From an uncultured Planctomycetota bacterium (GTDB lineage Bacteria > Planctomycetota > PLA2 > JAEUHO01): a stretch of DNA of 64,000 nt. The notes beneath the pieces were generated by a model that had not been told where the DNA came from, searched no databases, and worked only from the letters and a program-made list of their open reading frames with translations. Position 1 is the stretch's first letter; every line of letters begins with the position of its first letter. The translations under genes were made by a program, and so were the position numbers. The stretch lies in the NCBI GenBank assembly GCA_963752285.1, contig CAVVXN010000005.1, positions 1,280,001 to 1,344,000 of the forward strand, given 5' to 3'. Below are positions 56,679 to 64,000 of the stretch, in pieces.

Positions 56679-59600
56679 CTACCGAGGCGCGGGCGCGTCC
56701 GCGCCGGCCGGCGCCGGCCTCCGGGTGAGCGCGTGGTACGCGACCGGGATCACGACCAGGGTGAAGAGCGTCGAGGCCACGATCCCGAAGATCAGCGCCC
56801 ACGCGAGGCCGCTGAAGATGGGGTCCAGGGTGATCGGCCACGCGCCGAGCATCGCCGCGACCGCGGTCAGGAGGATCGGCCGGAGGCGCTGACGGCCGCT
56901 CTCGAGCACGGCCTCGCGGATCGGCATCCCGTCGCGCGCCCGCGCGTGGATGAAGTCGATCAGGATGATGCCGTTCCGGATCACGATGCCGGCCAGGGCG
57001 ATCATCCCGATCATGCCCGTCGCCGTGAACCAGACGGGGCTCTGGTATCCCCCGACCACGTGACCCGCCACGTGGTTGAGCAGCCAGAAGCCCGGCATGA
57101 TCCCGATCAGCCCGAGCGGGATCGCCGCCATCACCACCAGGGGCATCACGAACGAGTGCGTCTCGAGGACGAGCAGCGCGTAGATGGCGACGACCGCCCC
57201 GAAGAACGCGAGGCCGAGGTCGCGGAAGACGTCCAGCGTGATCTTCCACTCGCCCTCGCCCGTCCAGCGCGCCTCGATGCCGTCGCCGAGGGGCCGGGCC
57301 GCGAGGTCGTCCTGGATCTTGAAGATCACGTCGGCGGGCGCGCGTCCCGCGACGTCGCCCAGGACGAACACCACCCGTTCCAGGTCCTTGTGGGTGATCG
57401 TGGCGTCGTCGGTCACCTCGACGAAGTGCCCGATCTCGGCGAGGGGGACGAGCACGCCGCGGCCCCCCTTCACCTGGAGTCGCGAGAGCTCCTCGGGGCC
57501 GCTCCGCTCCTTCCGGGAGAGGACGAGCCGCAGGCGGAGCGGCTGGCGCTCGCCGGGCTCGTGCACCGTGGCCGGGGCGTCGCCCGAGAGCGCGAGCCGA
57601 AGCGTCCGTACCACGTCCACCGTCGCCACGCCGTGGAGCGCGGCCTTCTCCTTGTCCAAGACGAAGTCGTAGCGAGATCGCTCCGCCTCCGCCACGACGT
57701 CGGTGTCCACGACCCCCGACATCGCCCGGAGGCGGGCCTCGACGTCGCGCCCGGCCGCGACGAGGTCGCCGTAGGCGCGGCCGACGGGACCGTGCACCTC
57801 CGCGACGAGCGTGGAGAGCACGGGCGGGCCCGGCGGCGTCTCGACGATCTTCAGCCGCGCGCCCGCGCGGTCCGTGATCGCCTCGAGGTCGTGGCGGATC
57901 CTCAGCGTGAGGTCGTGCGTCTGCTGCGTCCGCCGGCCCTTGGCGACGAGGTTTACCCGCACGTCCGCGAGGTTCGGCGCCCTGCGCAGGCCGTAGTGGC
58001 GAACGAGGCCGTTGAAGTCGATCGGGCTCGAGGTGCCGACGTACGACTCGAGGTCGGTCACCTCGGGCACCGTGGCGAGGTACGCCTCCACCTCGCGGAC
58101 CAGGCCGTCGGTGTGCTCGAGCGTCGCCCCCTCGGGCAGGTCGAGCACGACCTGGAACTCGCTCTTGTTGTCGTACGGCAGCATCTTCAGGGGCACGTGC
58201 CCCGCGAGGACGATCTGGGCCGCGAGGCCGAGGAGCGCGAGGATGCCGACGAGCATCCCCCAACGCGCGGCGCGGTGGTCTATGAAGAACGCGACGCTCC
58301 CGCGGTACACACGCTCGAGGACGTTGGGCCGCCCGGCCGTGCGGTGCCCGCCCGCCTTGCCGTAGAGCGGCTTCAGGAGGTAGTAGGCCATCCACGGCGT
58401 GACCGTGAACGCCACGAGGAGGCTCATCAGCATCGCGATGGGCACGTTCAGCGCCATCGGACGCATGTACGGGCCCATCATGCCGGTGATGAAGAGCATG
58501 GGGAGGAACGAGAGCATGACCGCGACCGTGGCGAAGATCACGGGGGGCCGGACCTCGTTCACCGCCAGCAGGACGGCCTTCAGCGGCGGAACCTTCTTCT
58601 GCCCGAAGTGGCGGTGGATGTTCTCGACGTCCACGATCGGGTCGTCGCAGACGAGACCGAGCACGAGCACCAGGGCGAAGAGGGTCACGCGATTGATCGT
58701 GTAGCCGGCGATCAGGTTCACGAGCAACGTGAGCGCGAACGTGATCGGCACGGCCGCGGCGACGATGAGCCCCTCCCGCCAGCCGAGTGAGTACGCAACG
58801 AGACCGATCACGGTGAGGATGGCGAGCGTCAGGTGCCCGAGCAGCTCGTTCACCTTCTCGTTGGCGGTCTCGCCGTAGTCGCGCGTGACGAGCATCTCCA
58901 CGTCGTCGGGGAGGATCTCGGTGGCCAGCGCGCGGGCGCGACGCACCACGTCCTCGGCCACCCAGACGGCGTTCGTCCCCTTCTTCTTGGAGAGTGCGAG
59001 GGTCACGGCGGGAAACGGCCGGCCCGCCTCGACGCCGCGCTCCTTCGCCTCGGCCGGTCCGAAGCGGACCCGGGTGTAGGTGCTCGCCTCGGCGGGGCCC
59101 TCCACGACGTGGGCGACGTCCGCGAGGTGCACGGGACGGTCGCCGTAGGCGCCCACGACGAGATCCTCCACCTCGTCCTTCCCCCCCACGAACGGCCCCG
59201 CGACCACCGGCATCGTCCGGTCGGCGCGGTCGAAGGCGCCCGCCGGCAGGGAGGCGTCGGCGCCCGCCAGGGCGCGGGAGACCTCGAGCGGCGACAGCCC
59301 GTGGGCCGCGATCGCCTCGGGGTCGAGCTCCACGCGGACCTCGCGCGGCCGCCCGCCCACGACGTCCGTGCGCGAGAGGTCCGGCACCGGGTCGAGCCGG
59401 GCGGCGAGCTCCTCGGCCACGCGCCGCAGCTCGCCGGAGGCCGCGGACCTCGACCAGAGGGTGAGCGTGACGATCGGGACGTCGTCGATCTCGACGGGCT
59501 TCACGATCCAGCCGGTGACGCCCGGCGGGACCACGTCCTTGTTCGCGTCGATCCGGCTCTGGATGCGGACGAGAGCCCGCTCGCGGTCCTCGCCCACGAA

Positions 59601-59912
59601 GAAGCGGACGGTCACGATCGCGTGGTCGCGCCGCGACATCGAGTACACGTGCTCGACCCCGTCGATCTGCCACAGGAGCTTCTCGAGCGGCGTCGCGACG
59701 AGCTTCTCGACCTCCTCCGCGCTCGCGCCGGGATAGTGGACGAGGACGTCCGCCATCGGCACGACGATCTGCGGCTCCTCCTCGCGGGGCGTCAGCATCA
59801 CCGCCACGAGGCCCGCGGCGACGGCCAACACCAGGAGCAGCGGCGCGATCGGTCCCTCGACGGAGGCCCGGACGAGGCGCTGGACCAGACCTTCCTCGCG
59901 GTCCTGGGCCAT
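56679..59912 (-). CDS. RND efflux transporter permease (AcrB/CusA superfamily)
   Basis: TPREEEPQI, PGASAEEVE, LGLVCDDPIVDVENI, GIVIRNGIILIDF and RLRPILLT. Confidence 0.93.
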   Translation of the reverse strand: MAQDREEGLVQRLVRASVEGPIAPLLLVLAVAAGLVAVMLTPREEEPQIVVPMADVLVHYPGASAEEVEKLVATPLEKLLWQIDGVEHVYSMSRRDHAIVTVRFFVGEDRERALVRIQSRIDANKDVVPPGVTGWIVKPVEIDDVPIVTLTLWSRSAASGELRRVAEELAARLDPVPDLSRTDVVGGRPREVRVELDPEAIAAHGLSPLEVSRALAGADASLPAGAFDRADRTMPVVAGPFVGGKDEVEDLVVGAYGDRPVHLADVAHVVEGPAEASTYTRVRFGPAEAKERGVEAGRPFPAVTLALSKKKGTNAVWVAEDVVRRARALATEILPDDVEMLVTRDYGETANEKVNELLGHLTLAILTVIGLVAYSLGWREGLIVAAAVPITFALTLLVNLIAGYTINRVTLFALVLVLGLVCDDPIVDVENIHRHFGQKKVPPLKAVLLAVNEVRPPVIFATVAVMLSFLPMLFITGMMGPYMRPMALNVPIAMLMSLLVAFTVTPWMAYYLLKPLYGKAGGHRTAGRPNVLERVYRGSVAFFIDHRAARWGMLVGILALLGLAAQIVLAGHVPLKMLPYDNKSEFQVVLDLPEGATLEHTDGLVREVEAYLATVPEVTDLESYVGTSSPIDFNGLVRHYGLRRAPNLADVRVNLVAKGRRTQQTHDLTLRIRHDLEAITDRAGARLKIVETPPGPPVLSTLVAEVHGPVGRAYGDLVAAGRDVEARLRAMSGVVDTDVVAEAERSRYDFVLDKEKAALHGVATVDVVRTLRLALSGDAPATVHEPGERQPLRLRLVLSRKERSGPEELSRLQVKGGRGVLVPLAEIGHFVEVTDDATITHKDLERVVFVLGDVAGRAPADVIFKIQDDLAARPLGDGIEARWTGEGEWKITLDVFRDLGLAFFGAVVAIYALLVLETHSFVMPLVVMAAIPLGLIGIMPGFWLLNHVAGHVVGGYQSPVWFTATGMIGMIALAGIVIRNGIILIDFIHARARDGMPIREAVLESGRQRLRPILLTAVAAMLGAWPITLDPIFSGLAWALIFGIVASTLFTLVVIPVAYHALTRRPAPAGADAPAPR

Positions 59913-61054
59913 CACTCAGCCTCCGGGCGCCCGATCGTCTCGCCGCCCTCCAGGCCCGAGAGGACCTCGACGCCGCCTTCCACGGGCCGGCCGGTCGTCA
60001 CGTACCGGCGGACCCAGCGGTCTTCCACCCTCAGGATCACCGTCTCGACCTGCCCGACGCGAAGCGTCGCGTCCACCGGGATCCGCACGATCGCTCGCTC
60101 GCCGAGGGGCACGCGGAGGCGCCCGAACATGCCGGGGTGCACGCCCGGCGTGGGCGGGATGTCCACGCGCACGAGGAAGGTGCGACTCTGGGGGTCGGCC
60201 GTCGGGAAGATCTCCGAGACGGTGCCCGTGACGGTCTTCCCGGCGCTCGGGATCTCGACCGAGTAGGCCTTGCCACGCTCGATCTTCGAGATGAGGCCCT
60301 CGCGCACCTGCGCCTCCAGGCGAAGCTCCACGGGGTCGAGCACCGAGAGGAGGGTGCGGCCGGGCCACGCGAGGTCGCCGGGCTCCACCGCGCGCATCGC
60401 CACGACGCCGTCGATCGGGCAGTGGATCTGGGCGTGACCGAGCGCCAGGTCGGCCTCCGTCACGGCCTGCCGCGCGCGTTCCACCTCGGCATCGGCCGCG
60501 TGGATCGCCGCCTCCGCCTCGGCGACGCCGGCCTGGGCCTGTAGCAGGCCCGCCTCGGCGTTCTCGAGCTGCTCCGGCGTCGCGGCCCGGTCGCGCACGA
60601 GGCCCTCCACGCGGTCATAGTGCTTCCTCGCCTGCTCGAGCACCGCGTCCGCGCGGGCCCTCGCCTGCACGCGGCTCTCGCGCGCCGCCTCGGCCTGGTT
60701 CTGGACGTCCGACGCCTGCTCGCGGCGCGCCGAGAGCTCGCGGTCGTCGAGCTCGACGAGCACGGACTTCGCCGTGACGAGCGCCCCCGCCACGGCGTGG
60801 ACGGCCTTCACGCGCGCGGTCACCTGCGCGGCCACGTCCACGCGCGTCCGCGACCCGACGGTGCCGACGGCCTCCTCGAAGGTCGGGACCGTCACGCGCT
60901 CCGCGGTCGCGGTCCGCGCAGGCGCGGGCTCCCCGGCCGGGGCCGGCGCGCGACCCGGCGGAACCTGCTCGCCGTGGAACGTCCCCATCGCGTAGAGGAC
61001 GACGCCCGCGAGGAGGGCGAGGAAGAGGACCAGGCTCACGATCTTCTTCAGCAT
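59912..61054 (-). CDS. RND efflux membrane fusion (periplasmic adaptor) protein
   Basis: N-terminal TM, lipoyl-like halves (AQVTARV; CPIDGVV), hairpin, PTADPQSRTF and PGMFGR. Confidence 0.92.
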   Translation of the reverse strand: MLKKIVSLVLFLALLAGVVLYAMGTFHGEQVPPGRAPAPAGEPAPARTATAERVTVPTFEEAVGTVGSRTRVDVAAQVTARVKAVHAVAGALVTAKSVLVELDDRELSARREQASDVQNQAEAARESRVQARARADAVLEQARKHYDRVEGLVRDRAATPEQLENAEAGLLQAQAGVAEAEAAIHAADAEVERARQAVTEADLALGHAQIHCPIDGVVAMRAVEPGDLAWPGRTLLSVLDPVELRLEAQVREGLISKIERGKAYSVEIPSAGKTVTGTVSEIFPTADPQSRTFLVRVDIPPTPGVHPGMFGRLRVPLGERAIVRIPVDATLRVGQVETVILRVEDRWVRRYVTTGRPVEGGVEVLSGLEGGETIGRPEAE

Positions 61055-61069
61055 GGCGAGCCTCCCGGC

Positions 61070-62569
61070 TCAGCGCCCGGCCTCGAGACCGAGCCGACCG
61101 AGGGCGCGGCGCACGTCCACGACCGCGCGGTTCCAGTCGAGGCGCGCGCCGATGCGGCGCTGCCGCGTCCGGGTCCTCTCCTGCTCGGCCTCGAGGTAGC
61201 GCGTGATCGTCGCGCTGCCCGAGCCGTACTGCTTCTCCACCAGGTCCAGGGTCTCCTCCGACGCGCCGACGGCCTTGCCGGCCACGTCCAGCCGCGCGCG
61301 CGCCTCCTCGAGGCCGAGGAGCGAGCGCTCCACGTCGAGCGCGACGTCGAGGATCGTCTTCTGGTCCTGGGCCTCGAGCCGCGCGAGCGCCGCGCGCGCC
61401 CCCGCGAGGGACGCGTCGCGACGGCCCCCGTCGTAGAGGTCCCAGGAGACGGCGAGCGACACCCACCAGTTGCTCGAGAGACGGAGCCCCGGGTCGTCGC
61501 CGAACCACCGCGCCTGCAGGTCCACGGAGGGGAGCCCCGCGCGCTTCGCGCGCTCGACCTCGATCCGCGCCTGGCGGACGCGGCTCCGCACGCCTCGGAC
61601 CTCCGGCCGCTGCCGGTACGCCTCGACGAGCGCCGCGTCGAGGCTCGCGGGGAGCCCGGTCTCGTCGAGCGAGACGGGCGCGAGCACGAGCGTCGCGTCG
61701 GCGGGCAGCGCGAGGAGGCGTCGGAGCGTCGCGAGGGCCACGCGGCGCGCGACGTCCGTCCGGATCCGATCCTCCTCGGCCTGGGCGAGGCGCACCTCGA
61801 GCGAGAGCTCGTCGCTCTTGAGGACGACGCCGCGGTCCACCTTGGCCTTCGTCTCGGCGACCTGCGCCTCGACGGTCTTGACGCTCGCCTCGTCCGCGAC
61901 GAGGAGCTCCTCGGCCGCCTTCGCCCCGAGGTACGTGGTCACCACGCTCTCCGCCAGCTCGTTCCGCACGGCTTCGCGCGCCGCGCGCTCGGCGTTCGCG
62001 CCCGCCTCCGCGGCGTACTCGCCGAGCCGCCGGCGTCCGCCGTCCCAGAGGTTGTAGCGGAGCGTCGCGCCGAGCTCGAAGTTGCCGAAGGCCCCCGGGT
62101 CGTTGAAGTCGGTGAAGCGGTCGAACGTCCGCGCGTCGATGCGCTTGAAGAGGTAGCTCGACGGCGCGTCGCCCGCGAGCACGCTGGCGTCCACCGACAC
62201 GGACGGGCGCTTCTGTGCGCGCGCCCCCTCGAGCGTCGCGAGCGCGCTCTCGACGCTCGCCTCCGCGGAGTGGACGTCGGGGTTCCTCGCCATCGCCACG
62301 CGGATCGCGTCCTCGAGCGTGAGCGGCCCGTCGGGCAGGGCCGAGGCGGCCGGAGCGCACCCTCGAAGCGGCGCGGGGGACGTGGGGACGACGAAGTCGT
62401 CTCGACGCGGCGTCCGGAGCTCCCGCGCCTCGGGGACGCGGCAGGACGACGCGGCCGCCGCCAGGAGGACGAGACAGACCACGCGAACGGGCGCGGCGAA
62501 GGACGCCCTCGGCGTCGCCCTTCCCGCTCGGGACGCGCCTTCCCCGCCTCGTTCGTCCGGAAGCGCCAT
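61070..62569 (-). CDS. TolC family outer membrane efflux protein
   Basis: LTLEDAI..A..NP, LWDGG, PSVDL, LYDGG and YGSG; possible lipobox ASS-C; ATG 62569 after GAGGAGG. Confidence 0.9.
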   Translation of the reverse strand: MALPDERGGEGASRAGRATPRASFAAPVRVVCLVLLAAAASSCRVPEARELRTPRRDDFVVPTSPAPLRGCAPAASALPDGPLTLEDAIRVAMARNPDVHSAEASVESALATLEGARAQKRPSVSVDASVLAGDAPSSYLFKRIDARTFDRFTDFNDPGAFGNFELGATLRYNLWDGGRRRLGEYAAEAGANAERAAREAVRNELAESVVTTYLGAKAAEELLVADEASVKTVEAQVAETKAKVDRGVVLKSDELSLEVRLAQAEEDRIRTDVARRVALATLRRLLALPADATLVLAPVSLDETGLPASLDAALVEAYRQRPEVRGVRSRVRQARIEVERAKRAGLPSVDLQARWFGDDPGLRLSSNWWVSLAVSWDLYDGGRRDASLAGARAALARLEAQDQKTILDVALDVERSLLGLEEARARLDVAGKAVGASEETLDLVEKQYGSGSATITRYLEAEQERTRTRQRRIGARLDWNRAVVDVRRALGRLGLEAGR

Positions 62570-62802
62570 GACGACCTCCTCGCGGACCCGCCAGGGCCCA
62601 GCGGTCGGAACGACATCGGACATCCGGCCCGCAGAGACGGGCGCCCGGGAAGCAGAACAGGCCCGGGACGGCGCCATCCTACGGCGTCCCGGTCCAATGT
62701 CCCGGTCCGGCCGGGGTGCCGGTCGCCGAGGTCGCACGCGTCCGCCGTTCGCCGTCCGCCGTCCGCCGGCCACCCGCGGCCGGCCTCCGGCCGCCGGCCG
62801 CT

Positions 62803-63234
62803 CTAGCCGCCGTGGTGCGCGATCGGGAAGAGCGCGATGGCCTCGCACATCTCGTGCTGCGTGCGAGAGAGGTGGTGCATGAGGTCGTCCAGGCAGACGA
62901 TGCCGACGAGGCTCCCTTCGGGGCCCACGATCGGCAGCCTGCGGATCTGGGCCTCGCGCATCAACGTGGCCGCCCGGAGCGGCTCCTCGGTGTCCGAGAC
63001 GCACGTCAGCGGCGCGGACATCACGGACTCCGCGGAGAGCGAGGCGGTCGCGCGGTCGGTCGCGAGCACGCGGACGACCAGGTCCCGGTCGGTGACGATC
63101 CCCACCGGACGGCCGTCCCGCACGACGACGACGGAGCCGAGGCTCTTCTCCTTCATCATGCGCGCGATGTCGGGGACGGGCGTCGAGGGCCCGACCGTGA
63201 TCACGCTCCGGGTTCCGATCGTGGTGAGACTCAT
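62803..63234 (-). CDS. CBS domain pair protein
   Basis: VITV..., PVGIVTDRDL, VMS, IRRLPIV and LVGIV.LDDL; ATG 63234. Confidence 0.9.
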   Translation of the reverse strand: MSLTTIGTRSVITVGPSTPVPDIARMMKEKSLGSVVVVRDGRPVGIVTDRDLVVRVLATDRATASLSAESVMSAPLTCVSDTEEPLRAATLMREAQIRRLPIVGPEGSLVGIVCLDDLMHHLSRTQHEMCEAIALFPIAHHGG

Positions 63235-63296
63235 GGGGACGACTCCTCGTGCACGGGGTCGATGGAGCACGACCGTCACGGCACGGCGACGGCCGA

Positions 63297-64000
63297 TCAG
63301 ACGACCGACGCGACGCGGGCGCCTGGAGCGAGGCGCAGCGCGTCGCGCCGGGCGACGTCGGAAGGGAGGACGAACGCGGCGGTCGCCGCAGCGTCGGCGG
63401 CGAGGCACGTCGGCGCGACGATCGTCACACTGTGGAAGGCGGCCTGGCGGGGCGCCGCGGTGGCCGGGTCGAGGAGATGGTGGTAGCGGCGGCCGGCGTA
63501 CGTGAAGCCCCGCTCGTAGTCCCCCGAGGTCGCGACGGCCTCGTCCCGGACCTCGAGGCGCCCCACGAGGCCGTCCGGGTCGTTGGGGTCCTGGATGCCG
63601 ATGCACCAGGGATCGCCGTCCTCCGACCCGCCGATCGCGACGAGGTCCCCGCCCACGTTCACGAGGGCGCCCCGCGCACCACGGCGACGGATCGCGGCGG
63701 CGGCGCGGTCCACGCCGTAGCCCTTCGCGATGCCGCCGAGGTCGATCCGCGCGGCGCGGTCCGTGAGGCGGACGGCGGGCCGGCCGCGCCACGTGTCCAC
63801 GTCGAGCGCACGCCAGAGGCCGCGCCCCGCGAGGGGCTTCCAGGCCTCGGCGGGCGGCGGCGCGGCGCGGTGCTCCACGTCCCACGCCTCCGTCGCCTCG
63901 AGCAGACAGGGGTCGAACGCGCCCCGGCTCCCCTCGGCCCAGCGGATCGCCTCGCGCAGCACGAGGGCCGTCTCGTCGCCGACGAACACGGCCTCCCGCG
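63297..64000 (-). CDS. apbE: FAD:protein FMN transferase ApbE (5' end outside the window)
   Basis: GAFDP, IDLGGIAKGY, VNVGGD, VATSGDYE, YHHLLDP and ADAAATA. Confidence 0.93.
   Translation of the reverse strand, partial: REAVFVGDETALVLREAIRWAEGSRGAFDPCLLEATEAWDVEHRAAPPPAEAWKPLAGRGLWRALDVDTWRGRPAVRLTDRAARIDLGGIAKGYGVDRAAAAIRRRGARGALVNVGGDLVAIGGSEDGDPWCIGIQDPNDPDGLVGRLEVRDEAVATSGDYERGFTYAGRRYHHLLDPATAAPRQAAFHSVTIVAPTCLAADAAATAAFVLPSDVARRDALRLAPGARVASVV

Overview
A 64 kb, very GC-rich bacterial chromosomal window, densely coding and mostly on the minus strand. It is probably from Planctomycetota; this is inferred from an H-X9-DG prepilin, the dnaX-recR-rpoN gene order, carboxypeptidase-regulatory-repeat proteins and CGGGG lipoproteins. 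About 49 CDS can be supported. Left part: a partial carbamoyltransferase converges on a tightly overlapped operon of three radical SAM/SPASM enzymes, a GT9 glycosyltransferase and a TMTC/DUF1736-like membrane glycosyltransferase. Directly upstream are two large paralogous Ig-like lipoproteins (995 and 730 aa) behind candidate sigma54 and sigma70 promoters. Middle: a split type IV pilus/type II secretion locus (pilM, pilN, a PilO+PilP-like fusion and a secretin; then pilT and a GspC-like PDZ protein) interleaved with rne, rplU, rpmA, obgE and coaX. Further right are an rpoN-truA-hpf-EIIA-HPr-EI cluster, dnaX-recR, dnaE, a pilin and metK. Right part: waaA, secA, pyrD, lspA, dksA, xerD, uvrC, DUF5996, an RND efflux trio, a CBS protein and a partial apbE. 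No tRNA, rRNA, CRISPR array or mobile element was recognised. The best candidate for an undescribed system is a surface-lipoprotein glycosylation/export module at 1-26.4 kb. All annotations come from motif reading only; no database search was run, and many start codons were re-assigned by eye.
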